Of a stretch of DNA of 64,000 nt, positions 1 through 13,821 are shown in pieces. The DNA is from Eledone cirrhosa (taxonomy: Eukaryota): positions 114,514,001-114,578,000 of the forward strand of contig OZ024745.1 of assembly GCA_964016885.1 (NCBI GenBank). Reading direction: 5' to 3'. Within the stretch, counting starts at the first letter, position 1, and the number at the start of each line of letters is the position of its first letter. Position numbers and translations under genes: made by a program. The notes beneath the pieces are model-generated. The model searched no databases and was not told the origin of the DNA. It saw only the letters and a program-made list of their open reading frames with translations.

Positions 1-544
1 CTTCCTATCACTAATCACTTTACAGGGTATACGGGGTGCGTTTATCATGTAAATCACCAACAACAAGTATTTATTAATTATTTAAATTTTTCCCTTCCAT
101 GCTTGAAACAGACTCTGAAATACTGTAAAACAATACAAATAAATCATCAATGAAAACAAACAAGTAAATTATTTATTATATTTATATATATGAATATATA
201 TATAGCACGTATATATATACATATATATATATCTTTATTTTTATAACTTAAAAATACCGTTGTGGTACATTTTCTAAATTTAATGCTATTTTTCTTTTTT
301 TGTTTTCTTTTTTATATTTTTTCATGATTTTCAATTCTTTGCCAGCAATAGAATATGCATTTGTTTTAATGGAATATTTTTTTTAACAACGTTTTTTGTA
401 AATTTTTATTTTTTGAACAACATAAAGGAAAACATGTTCGAATTTAAAATACATGCAAATATATATAATCCATAAATTACAAATACATACATATATAATA
501 TAATTTATAGATTTTATACAAATATATGTATGTAAATCCAAATA

Positions 545-561
545 TGGAGGTGTGTGTGTGT

Positions 562-600
<39 letters not shown>

Positions 601-648
601 TATATACATATACATATATACACACACACACATGCATATATATATATA

Positions 649-679
<31 letters not shown>

Positions 680-730
680 GCATACACACACTTATACACC
701 TACATATATATAGATAGATATAGATATATG
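545..730. repeat. (TA)n/(CA)n microsatellite complex (downstream of, or within, the EGR 3' UTR)
   Basis: Direct inspection. Similar tracts at 12150-12206, 23265-23333, 25949-26005, 26970-27024, 29839-29897, 46657-46714 and 51154-51198. Confidence 0.95.
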
Positions 731-1234
731 TCTGTGTAAATATGTGAGAGTGAGTGCATGTATATATGTATTCATGCACGCATGTATGAATATATACATG
801 CATAATTTCAAAGAGTATCAACAGTAGCACTGAAGAGCTAATAAAATGTTTATATGTACACAACAAAGCATAAAAGCAACAATTTCATAGGGGGCAGCAT
901 TTTTGGATCACATTTTCAAAAATGATTTATTTTATATTTTTAATTTATTTTTAACATTTTATTATAATTTTCCAGTTTAATGATGTGCATTAACTTTAAA
1001 AAAATATATCTTTTTTAGATTCCTTCATTTATCAAATATATATATATATATATGTTATATATGTGTGTTTGTGTGTGGATGCCTGCATATATTTTGTGCA
1101 AGTATTTGTATGTATAAATATAGTGATACACACATACATAAATGCATATATGCACACACACATACACACTTCCATATGATGCATGAATTGTTCAAATGTG
1201 TAAGCATAAATGCAAACATATAATTTTATATGAA

Positions 1235-1275
<41 letters not shown>

Positions 1276-3444
1276 TATATAATATGTGTGTGTGTGAATA
1301 TGTGTATGTATATATATATATATGTACGTACGTATGTATGTGTGTGTACACAAATATATATTCCTTTTAAATTAACATAACTGTTTAATTTATTAATTTG
1401 TAACTATTTGGTTTGATTCAACTGGCAACATGTTCAAACTAACACAGATACACCCACTCATACACGCTTAGAGGTAGAGGTAGAGGCAAAACAAGGTTTC
1501 TTTAATTTTGTTATGCAATAAGATGCTGATGTTATGCAGTAGAAAATATTAGAACCATGAAAAATACAGAATTTATTTTCTTCTATTTGATTTAAACATT
1601 TGGATTATTCTGAGAGATCTATAAGAAAAGCATAAGCTTCTTCATCTCTTCTGTAACAATGTAAATGATATATGATAAATATAATAACAATAAAGTATTC
1701 TATAGCTCTGTAAAAAGATAGATATCACAACTAAAAGGTTGAGACATCTATACCATTATATGGAGCTTTAATAACAAAGATGAAGTGATTTCAACTAAGA
1801 TTTGAATAACAGATTCATTTAACAAGAACTCAACACTATACTAGATGAACTTGCAATAATAATAACAATAACAATAATAATTATTATTATTAGTATTATT
1901 ATTATCATTATTATTATGGTTCACTTTTGAAAATCTCAGACACTTAGATGTTAAACGATCTGGACATTTCAGTGAGGGAGCAGTCAACAAGTTGACAAAG
2001 GTCCCTCACTGCATTCTCTCCTGGGTCTTACATACACAAGACTTTATTATTATTATCATTATTATTATTTATGGTAATCTCTCTGTATTGAGTTATCTAT
2101 ATATATTTCTCTGTTCTGAGTACCAGAGTCAATAAAATACCAGTCAATTGACTTTACTTTGAGATATCAATATTTCTATCATGTTGCTTAACAAAATATA
2201 TTTAATGTTTTTAAATTTCCAAACATCATTGAAGTCTTTAGAAATATTACAGATAGACTCTAATATTTGAGAAAATGTTTCACAATCATCATACAATGGG
2301 AATTTTCTGTATGAGAAAAATACATAATCTAATGTAATTTTAGTTCAGAGAATAATCTCTTAGTCGCTAATTTGATCAGAGATTGCATAAACCATTTGTA
2401 GCTTGTTATTAGATCCACCTGTAGGACTAATTAAATTACTTTAGAGATCAACAGTTTCTTTATGGATCAAGTAAGAATTTTACAAATTTTTATTTCATTT
2501 TCATTCTTTCTTATTTTTTGCAACATTTTTGCTGTGGTTAAGCATGAAACACAGCTACTTCCCATGTAAATCTAAGTATTGATTACATATAACTGGTATT
2601 CTGCTTTTTCCAACAGCATAACAAACAGATCCTTTTTACTAACTTGTATAAATGATGACCACTAACCTTAGGATTTGTTAAATTTTTTTAGGTAACACGC
2701 ATACACTTGTGCATGCACACATTTATACAATGGTTTTTAATTTCCTTAGAATATGATTGATGTAAATGTTTGTTTTGTGCAATTAGTGAGAATGTAATGT
2801 GGAGAGATTTTTTCTTGTAGGAAATGGTTGATATATTTCATTTAGTTACATTTAATGTATAACAAATAAATTTCTTGTAATTTATAAAGAAACAAAATTG
2901 CCATATATTTCTCAAACGCTGAATTAGTGCCTTATGTTTGCTGCGTTTTTGTCACAAGCACAATGTATTAAAAATTTGACATCATTTTTATGTTTAAAAA
3001 AAAAGTTAACAAGAAAAAAGCAGGAAAAAATATTTTGCCACCCGTTCACACATATGTATGTGAGTGCTTTATATAAAGTTTTGGATTTGCCCCACACAGT
3101 GGAACTTCCTGGATTTCACCATTTGTGTGAGTCTTTTAAAGTTTCTTTTTGTTTACTACTCACAAAAAAAAAAAAAGTAAATGCACAGCTGCATATATAT
3201 TTTAATTTTTTCATTAAGCTGAGCTCATTTCATGTTCACATTAAAAAAATTTAATTGAATTGATTTTTTTATATTCTAAATTTTGTTTTTTTTTATTTTT
3301 TTAGTAATCAAGTTTTCATTAGTTTAGCAACACTAATTAAAACTGATTTAAACAGTCACATTTTAACAAGATGCTTTCTCAAAATGTTCCAATAGAATTT
3401 GTTTTCTTGTCTTTTTATTTAGTTATTTATTTAAAATTCATATT

Positions 3445-5085
<1,641 letters not shown>

Positions 5086-5247
5086 TTATATAAATAATAT
5101 ACATCAATTTTAATTATTTAAATGAAATATTTCCACTGATAAAACAAGTACATTGTTATTTTTGCCACTAGTTCTAGTTTTGTTTCCAGATGTTCAGGCA
5201 TTGGAACATTGAAATGAATTGTTTCATAATTAAAAAAACCCATAATG

Positions 5248-5319
5248 ACATTTTTTTTCAATTCAACCAATTATTGGGCAAATATATTGCCCAATAATTG
5301 GTTGAATTGAAAAAAATGT
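5248..5319. repeat. Near-perfect hairpin (about 33-bp arms, 5-nt loop) 220 nt from the EGR 3' splice site
   Basis: TTTTCAATTCAACCAATTATTGGGCAA-ATATA-TTGCCCAATAATTGGTTGAATTGAAAA. Confidence 0.9.
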
Positions 5320-5749
5320 AATTTATAGCTGACACCTATACAGGTTTATCTGGCCTTCTACAAAGTTGCAGTCCGTAGGAAGTTTCTCGGGTATTTTAGT
5401 GAGAGGGGTCCCAGTTCTATCAATAATTTATTTATCAACTATTAATCAAAGTTTATTATAGATTTACCATTTATATTATAGTAATATACTAGGAAGAAGA
5501 AAACTGCCAAACAGATTCCCAAACATCTGAATTCTTGTCATGATGTCAAATAAATACAACAAAGTTGTTTTAACTGGTCTGGTCCATCTTTGAGTACTCA
5601 AATACTTTGAACCATGGACACACACAATCACAAACTAACTTGACAGACATTCATATTAACTACAGACAGACATACACATACTTGTGTTAACCACAGACAC
5701 ACACATTGACCAATTACATTTACACTCATACATTGCTACACTAACCAAT

Positions 5750-6690
5750 GAGAAATTTAGCATGCAGGTTGGAATTGATCAAGGTTTAATTCTCAGCTTT
5801 CTCCTTTCTTATTTGTTATTAGACAATAACAAAAGAGTTTAAAATTGGCTGCCCCAGACAACTGCTATATATTAATAATCTAGTAGTTATACCTGAATCT
5901 GTTGAAGACTTAAAAAGTAAATTCCAAGCATGGAAGAAAAACTTAGAATCAAAAGGCCTCAAAGTAAACCATGCAAAGACTAAAGTTCTAATTAAAAGGA
6001 AAGAAAGGATTTGATGCCATACTGAATAAGAAGGAAAGGAATTAGTAAGAAGTCCTTACAGTCTACTGTTTGTAAACTATGGATGCATAAGTAGTGTAGT
6101 GAAGCAAGTATACTCAGCTGGCCGCTGGGTAAGAAGGGTCAATTGATCCAAGTGGAAATGATTGAACAAGGAAACATGGGAATAAGTGGTAAAGATTAAC
6201 TTCTCAAAAGGCTGAACTTCATGAAAAAGATGACTAAGGGCCACACGTAGTGAAACGCTGTGCTGCAGAAGATCCATAGAATATGATTTGTGCAAGTTTG
6301 ATGATGACACGAAAGACCCAAATATAGAACACACATTCTGACCACCATGTGCACACCTAAAGAGAGATCTATTCAGTCATATAGAATTACTCACATCAAA
6401 GGGCGGAAACTCTGAATAAGAACTGACCCAACCAATAACAACTGATGCAACACATGCCAGCATGGAAAACAAATATGATAGTATTGAGACATTTGAAAGT
6501 AAGTTTGTAAATATATAATGCAGTAGAGGAAGACCTGGATAGATGTGGTGAGAGCTGATCTCAGATTGCTAAAGTTTATGGGGGAGATGACAAAGGAACA
6601 CGACAAGTGGACAGATGATGTACTGAGAAGAACCCATCCAACCCATGCAAGTGTGGAACAATGGATGTAAAATAATGATGATGATGGTGA
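5750..6690 (+). mobile_element. Decayed RTE-clade LINE (RT fragments and 3' end)
   Basis: EKFSMQVGIDQG.. resembles the RT VGVHQG motif, followed by an RKTWI..V..DL-like C-terminus and the tail CATGCAAGTGTGGAA...(GAT)n shared with the 49400-50500 copy. Confidence 0.65.
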
Positions 6691-6974
6691 GAAAAACCAA
6701 AAGATGAGTGATCTTCAAATGAAATCCCTTTTGATTTACAACTAGCCCCTTGCTGCTCTCACCATCAAAAATACAATGAAGAAGTGACTACCTCAATGGA
6801 AACATGTAACCAATTATGTGACTGTTCACCAATTCTGATATGACATGAAAACAAATAAATGAATGTTGTTTTGTTTTGCTTTTTTATTCAACATTCATTT
6901 CTGGAAGATGACTAAGAGAAAATGAACAGTTGTTACATTCCTTCCTTTCCCAAATAAAGTGAATTGACTCAAGT

Positions 6975-7410
6975 AATAATGGTTTCTAATTTTGATGATT
7001 TCTAATCTAGACACAAGGGCTGCAATTTGTGATGAAGAGAAAGTCAATTATATTGACCACAGTATTTGACTGCGACTTTATTTTATCAACTCCAGAAGAA
7101 TAAAAAGTAAAGATGTCCTCGGCAGAATTTGAACTCAGAATGTAAAGAGCCAGAACAAATGCTGCAAAGCATTTGTTCCGACACTCTAACAAATCTGACA
7201 ATCTATCACCGAACTTCAAGTAATAATGGTTTCTGATTTAGGCACAAAGCCAACAATTCCGGATGAAGGGAAAGTCAATTAAACCAACCCACCGGTCAAT
7301 ACTCGTACATTATTTTATCAACCCCGTAAAGATGAAAGGCAAGCTAACCTCAGCGGGATTTGAACTCAGAACATTGTCCGACGCTCTACTGATATTGTCA
7401 ATCTATCCCC
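6975..7410 (-). mobile_element. Two tandem tRNA-derived SINEs (family A, GCCTTTCATCC..GGGGTCGATAAAAT core, Meta-SINE-like)
   Basis: B box GAGTTCAAATYC on the minus strand and a core shared with more than 15 copies in the window. TCAAGTAATAATG is repeated three times at the junctions. Confidence 0.8.
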
Positions 7411-10024
7411 TAACTTCAAGTAATAATGAAAAGAACTGGTGGAGTGACTCACTGGGACTTGACATTTTGCATTACTTTCCTCAGCTATTTCAGAAATATA
7501 TTGATTTCTATTGGCTAGGCCCAAACCAATTTTTAAAGGGACAATTACTAGTAATAATTTTATTAACCTAACTTGAAAGTATTTAAAGTCAACAGAGATA
7601 AAAGTAAATATTGTAATTTTTACTGTAAGGTGCACTGCCTATTCTAATTGACATATTTTTCTATTACTTTATGCTTTGTGTTAATGGAATGGTAGTTATA
7701 CAAAAATACATGGTTAAATCACAGTAATCAATACATGCTTTCACTTTGGATTTGGCTTTGGCTTAATAAAAGTTTTATACATAAATAGAATTTTTATTTT
7801 CATTTTTATGGGCCTTGATCAATAAAAGTTTATTTTTCATTCTCATGAACTATCATTAGTTAAGTTTGGCAAAAGCGATACATTTCTAATTGTTGATGTT
7901 CTTCAACGACTTATTTATTATTGTATGTTATATATTTATAATGAATAACATCAATCCTTTGCAAAGATTAATTTACACTGACAAACATAAATATATATGT
8001 ATATACAGGCACACATACACAACTGCAAGTATGGCTCTCAGGTTAAGATGTTTGCTTTAAGACTACATGATTCTGCATTTGATACCACTGCTCAGCACCT
8101 TGGGCAAGAGTCTTCTAAAGATTAAGGTTGACCAATAACTTGTGAATGAAATTTGTTAGGCAGAAATTTTATGGAAGTCCATTATGTATTCAAGAACCAT
8201 AGAGGGAATTTTTGTCTGTTAATTGCTTGGATAATCTTAGTTGATCAAAGTTTTTCAACTCACTATATTACATATGTGGGACCTTACCATATATATGTGA
8301 AGGTGTGTGGTTTAGTTTCGTTATGACCAGATGGTGTATGACACTCTCTGCGATAAGACTGGCCATTTGAATTATACATACACTCTGATGGGCTTCCAAA
8401 CTGTTTCTGTTTACCCAATTTCACTCACAAGACATAAGTCGACCCAGGGCTATGGTAAATATCATTTCACACAGTGAAATTGAACCAAGGACCTAATGAT
8501 TGTAAAGTGAACTACTCAACTATTCAGTCATGCTGCATCCACAAAATAACTGGAGGGTGCAGTGGGATGACCAGAGTAATCTACAGGTCTCTCTATGCTC
8601 CAAGGTATGTGTTGGATATCACCTTTCTGGCTGTGTAAACTTGACCATTGAGGGATAGGATTTCCCCCACACCGTCGAACCCATGCTAGCGTGGAAGATA
8701 GACGTTAAACGATGATGATGATGTCTGTAGTTTTCACATGCATAAGGTGACAGCCATTTATGAGTTTAAGACCCAGCAATTACTCTCAAGCTGGTTTAGC
8801 TAGCCTACCAATGTCATTACTGAAGGCATAGGACATTGTAACATACAGAGAGTTCATGGAACCACAGGTCAGATTTGGATGCTTAGTTGGGAGCATTGGC
8901 AGAAGAGTTCTCCTGACAAAACATTGGCAGAGTCTTTGCAAAAACCAGTGTCATCTTAAAAAGCATAACAAATACAAATCAATGAAATGTGGATCATTTC
9001 CCGATTAGTGGTATCAGTTCTATTAGCAATAAATGAAGGTAAAAATCGAGGTTGACACATTCATACATCCACTTTCAGTATAAATGATGAAGATTTACAT
9101 AACAAGCTGGAATCAAAACTGGGTCGCTGATTCGGTTCGTTTACCTCCCTCTTCATGGTTCTCGACTATATATACACACTCTAGCGAACACATATAAAAG
9201 CTTTTAATATGGGGAATGGAACAGAATTAAAAACTAGTAGAAGAATAGATAGAAAGATAAAGTGACTGAGAGAGCAAAAATATAGGTAGAGACATCTGCC
9301 GCTTTTTTGTGTGTATACGAATGCTACATAAAAAGACCTTGACACGACAATGTTTTCTATTTTGTATTTATTTAGTTTATTTTTTTCCCAGTTAATATCG
9401 CTTGCCAGTAGTTAGTGACGTTAGAGTTGTGGCAGCTGACGTTACAACTAAATTTCTCTCACTTTCTCATTACATCTATTTCCTTTACTCATCTCAGAAT
9501 ATTAAATTATATTCGTCTTCGACTTTATTAACTCCATGGCTACCGACTCTTATTTTATATAAGACTGCTCACGATTAAACTTATATATATATATACAATA
9601 AAGAAATATATATATATATACATACACATATGTACACGCGCACACATATATATATATTCATGTGTGTGGTTTTGTGTGTATGTATCTGAACACACACCAT
9701 CAATAGCTAAGATACCGTGACAGAAGGTTATTCCACGTGGTTCGGGTGGCCTAAAGAGTACATTATGTAACTATGGTATTCTTAAATAAACAATTTGTGG
9801 CCATCTTGCATCCTAGCTATTGATTTTATACCAGTCCCGTATTGTGTGCTCTCGTCTCGTTTATGTTAAACTTAAATCTGATATATTTATATACGAACAA
9901 ACACATGTCTGTGCGCATGTTGTGTGTGTGTATATATATATATGTGTGTGTGTGTGTTAAGTATTTTCGTAGAAAAGGTAAAGGAAAGATGAGTGCTATA
10001 TGTATAGTACAGAGCTATTTAATT

Positions 10025-10190
10025 ACACAATAAACAACAATATAATTATTCCATAATCAAAGGTTTCAGGAAACTAGACGATCCTTACAGAAACGTCCAG
10101 CTCGTCCATCAGATGCACGTTTCTGTAAAGATCGTCTAGTTTCCTGAAATATTTGGTAATGGAATAATTATATTGTGTTGTTTATTATGT
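10025..10190. repeat. Inverted repeat (about 72-bp arms, 20-bp spacer) in the EGR intron
   Basis: TTTCAGGAAACTAGACGATCCTTACAGAAACGT / ACGTTTCTGTAAAGATCGTCTAGTTTCCTGAAA plus flanking pairing. Confidence 0.85.
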
Positions 10191-10195
10191 GTGTG

Positions 10196-10227
<32 letters not shown>

Positions 10228-11029
10228 GAGAGAGAGAGATTTATGTGTGTGTGTGGTTTAATAAAGCATTTGTAAATTATAAGTTCTTATTTTTATCGTA
10301 ATCTTGTCTATCTTGGTGAGTCACAAAAGTAGAACTCGCACCTAACATGATTTGAACTCAAAACTCTACAGTACTGAACGAGATACACTTGAGAACTTCT
10401 GGGTTGGCATTCTATTGTCTGAACCTTATATGTGAGTGTGATGGTATGTAACTATGTCCGTAGGTATTTGTGTGTTTTCTGGTCTAAATTTGTTGCTAAA
10501 AGAGGAGCTGAGAAGAGATTCTGCTTCACGTAACGAAATATACTAAATTCTTCGTTTTCTACCAATATTGTTCGGTGGAAGTGATAAAAGCTTAAACAGA
10601 CAGTAGTCTCATTAATAGTAGCAGTAAAGAGAAGCAGCAACACTTCCTTCTTTTTTAGTTATTGCAATCTGTCTTTCAGTCTCGGTATCTCATTTTACTG
10701 TCTCTTACTGCCTGCTCCAAATAATAAATGGCAAACGACCAAAAAGGAAATCTATAATCTACGACAGAGTTATATTAATCTCAATGTTTTATTTATAATA
10801 ATAGCTAATGGTATTGTTCACATGCTGGTAATAATAAGTATTAAAGATTCTATCCCCGGTTGTAGACACTACTTCATGTAATAATCTCAACTGCTATGTA
10901 AAACCTATTACTGTAGTGTCTTCCAGATTGTTACTTTTGTGTAATAACTTCTAAAGGATTGTTATTATAATAATCGGGGTGTTATGTTTTTTGTGACATT
11001 TCAAACTGATGTTGATGATAGTAATCATT

Positions 11030-11445
11030 GCGTGTAGTAGAATTGGTAGAGCGCAGGACAAAATATCTAGCGGTATTTAGTTACATGCTTCACATCATGT
11101 GTGTTCAAATCGACTTCACCTTCCTGCCTTCTGAGGTTGATAAAGTAAACAGCAGTTGTGTAGCTAGATCGATTAAACCTATTACACCGTCCGATTATGT
11201 TTTGAGTTCAAAACCATCAGTCATTTTGTGGTCAGTTGAATAAGTACCAGTAATATAATAGAATTTAATTCAATCAACTCTATACAGCCCGATACTATAA
11301 ACGTGATATTGTGCCAATGTGAGTTAATTAGAGATTCTATCGAGGTCGACTTCGCCTTACCAGTTAAGTACTTCGAGTCGATTTAATCGACTATTCTCTC
11401 TCCTCAAATTTCTGGTTTTATGCCAATATTAGAAACCAGCCATTA
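11030..11445 (+). mobile_element. Decayed family-A SINE copies in opposite orientation within the EGR intron
   Basis: GTTCAAATCG..CCTTCCTGCCTTCTGAGGTTGATAAA and GAGGTCGACTTCGCCTT..TTAGAAACC segments. Confidence 0.6.
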
Positions 11446-11788
11446 TTGTGATTATCATTATTTTACGTACACCTTTAATACTGTTGAGAGAAGGCATGAA
11501 CTTCACAACATATGGTTATCTTTTCCATAACAAAAAATGCCGACAAAATGAATCACGTTTAGTTTAATCTGCGAAGATTTATTTTATTTACCCTTTCGTG
11601 GATAAATATCTGTGCAAAAATGGCCTCGAATAATTTGAAAATAATTCAATTGAAAAATCAAATGACTAAAAACAATAACAAAAACTACTACTAGTAGTAG
11701 TAGGAGTAGTTGTGGAAGTGGTGGTGGTAGTAGTAGTAGTAATACTGAGATTGATTTTGATATAATTTTCCAATGCTGATTCGATATT

Positions 11789-11796
11789 TGACGTCA
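11789..11796. promoter_or_regulatory. Full palindromic CRE (TGACGTCA) in the EGR intron
   Basis: Exact consensus in non-repeat intronic DNA 1.2 kb downstream of exon A. Function unverified. Confidence 0.35.
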
Positions 11797-12146
11797 GAAA
11801 ACGTATGTTATAGCTAATAATATCAATAGTACTATTTTTGATATTCATATTATTATTATTCCGTTAGAGAGAGACTAGTAGCCATAGTAATTCAAGCTGC
11901 TCACTACATCCAGCGATAAGTCCATATGTTTGTCTGGAGGTTTGTACAACGTGTACAAACGAAATTAAAGTAGAACGACAGACTAAATAAAACAACGTGA
12001 TACCTATCGGACAGGACATCAGACAAAAATACGTATCATTTCATCACTCTTATCTCTATCACTTACTATATTCAAACATCCTAAACACGACTAAATAGGC
12101 TAACATACCATGAGTTCCACAACACCTCAAATGGTTATAGTCACAT

Positions 12147-12211
<65 letters not shown>

Positions 12212-12990
12212 CATACCAATAGATAGACATAAATACAGATTATACATACATATATACACACATATATATATAGATAAGTCATCAATAAAAATAGAACCCC
12301 TCCACTCATTTGTAATATAACGTTGTTTTTATCCGCTATAACTGAAGAGTCATCAGCGTACTCTGTTATCGATCGATACTAGTAGGCAGTTCTCAATGAA
12401 TAGATGAATGGAGAAATCTTAAGAGATGTGTGTACGGAGCTGGAAGTAGTTGGTTGCGTATATTGTAAATAACATTAGCGTATTGTAAATATCTTCGGTA
12501 TAAAACAGAAATAGTAGGATTGGTTAATGAAAAATAAAAATTCTTCCGGAAATATTAAAGTATGAAAATAATATACACACACAAAAGTATGTATATATAT
12601 TTAAAATCATATCCAGCTGGTGTATATTATAATAAATAACTGTAGTTAATTTCCCCCCTCTTATTAGTTGGACTTTCATTCGTTTTTCTTATCGCCTCTT
12701 TTGCTGTCACACACAATATAATAAACACAAACACCCAGACAATAATAAACAATTTCAACTGATACTCAATTAAACACAAATATACACATACAACGTGTAA
12801 TATTATTAACGTTAACAGACATGTTCACACAAGTATAGTACTCAAATACAAACATTAATATCACTCTAATAGACACGATCTGTATAAAGTTAAATACGTA
12901 AAAATAACATCTACACACACGCGATTACAATCACAGAAATAGCTTTAAAATAAACTTTCGGTAATACAAAAAAGTTTAAAATTTACATAC

Positions 12991-13204
12991 CAGTAGCAGT
13001 TATAGGCACTGGATCACATGTATCGGAACCAAAAAATGTTGTTTCCGATGATGTAGTGACGGGTGTATTAAGTGAATCATCCATATTTTCAGGTGGTATT
13101 CGTCCGATGTTACTCAAACTAGTTGGAGACGAGTGAAAGTTATCAAAGCTGAGCTGCTCAGCAAGAGCGACCTGCGTTAGTGTATCCAGGCCTTCCATAA
13201 TCAT
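12991..13204 (-). CDS. EGR1: EGR-family gene, proximal first coding exon (MIMEGLDTLTQVALAEQLSF...LNTPVTTSSE...PITAT)
   Basis: ATG at 13204. The exon ends ACT G|GTATGT (donor at 12990). The phase-1 G joins CA of the next exon (GCA, Ala), giving a continuous 598-aa frame. It lies directly downstream of a TATA/CArG promoter. Confidence 0.88.
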
Positions 13205-13380
13205 AACGATTGAGTAATAATAATCAACTAAGTTGTGTATATAATGAACAATATCTCGATTTAACTCACAAGCCCTTGCCACGACTCAATAAACTTGACT
13301 TAGCTTGCCAGCGTTTTTTCTACACATCATATTATAACGTGATTCTCAAGATCTATTGGCAAATCTATGAATGAAAGTTC

Positions 13381-13387
13381 ATTTATA
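13381..13387 (-). promoter_or_regulatory. TATA box (TATAAAT) of the proximal EGR promoter
   Basis: About 180 nt upstream of ATG 13204 and just downstream of CArG/CCAAT/CRE sites. Implies a TSS near 13355. Confidence 0.7.
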
Positions 13388-13415
13388 CTATAGCGCATGA
13401 ATGAACGCTTAAACA

Positions 13416-13425
13416 CCATATATGG
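13416..13425. promoter_or_regulatory. CArG box / serum response element 1 (CCATATATGG)
   Basis: Perfect CC(A/T)6GG about 30 bp upstream of the TATA box. Confidence 0.85.
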
Positions 13426-13435
13426 GAGATTCAAC

Positions 13436-13470
13436 AGCCAATCAGCAACGAGTCTTTGTGACGTAATTGG
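13436..13470. promoter_or_regulatory. CCAAT box (AGCCAATCAG), CRE/ATF-like TGACGTAA and inverted CCAAT (ATTGG)
   Basis: AGCCAATCAG 13436-13445, TGACGTAA 13459-13466 and ATTGG 13466-13470, clustered at typical proximal-promoter distance. Confidence 0.65.
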
Positions 13471-13720
13471 AATCTCTTGTTTAGTAACGAAAATAGGTCA
13501 TAATTTTTTTTGTTACTAGCGGCTTCTATACGCTAGAAAATTGTATACAGTTCATAACTAGTAATAACTTGACTACCCTCTCAAAATGAAGTCCTCTTTA
13601 TTTCACTACTCATTATTTTATCTCTCAAAACTAGGCAAAACTCAAAAGAATTGTGGGGAAGACTAGGTACTATGAATTACGTTAGAGATCGTGACCTTTT
13701 CAGTACTACCTCGAAAATTA

Positions 13721-13730
13721 CCATATATGG
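13721..13730. promoter_or_regulatory. CArG box 2 (CCATATATGG)
   Basis: Identical perfect CArG. Confidence 0.8.
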
Positions 13731-13789
13731 CACAAGGAATGTCATACTTTACCGAACGAATTCCGCAATGGTCATGACGCTCCATACAT

Positions 13790-13821
13790 CGGAAGTGGTG
13801 CCCATATATGGTATGAAGTCA
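13790..13821. promoter_or_regulatory. ETS site (CGGAAGT) + CArG box 3 + near-CRE: ternary-complex (TCF/SRF)-type SRE
   Basis: CGGAAGT 13790-13796, CCATATATGG 13802-13811, TGAAGTCA 13814-13821. A TGACG half-site lies at 13775. Confidence 0.8.

Noticed and set aside
383-866. Y/I/C/V-rich ORFs here and at 14225-15441, 23171-23465, 46617-46862 and elsewhere
   Set aside because: Translations of (TA)n/(CA)n microsatellites that lack stops by composition.
2927-2934. miR-124 8-mer site GTGCCTTA downstream of EGR
   Set aside because: It is on the plus strand, whereas the mRNA is the minus strand, so it is not a target site.
12338-12391. Further hammerhead-like remnants (also about 9085-9130, 23450-23505, 24830-24865, 46028-46090)
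   Set aside because: Too many core or stem lesions to separate from chance without a family consensus.
12983-13282. 99-aa ORF as a stand-alone protein
   Set aside because: It starts at GTG and runs through a splice donor. It is EGR exon A plus flanks.
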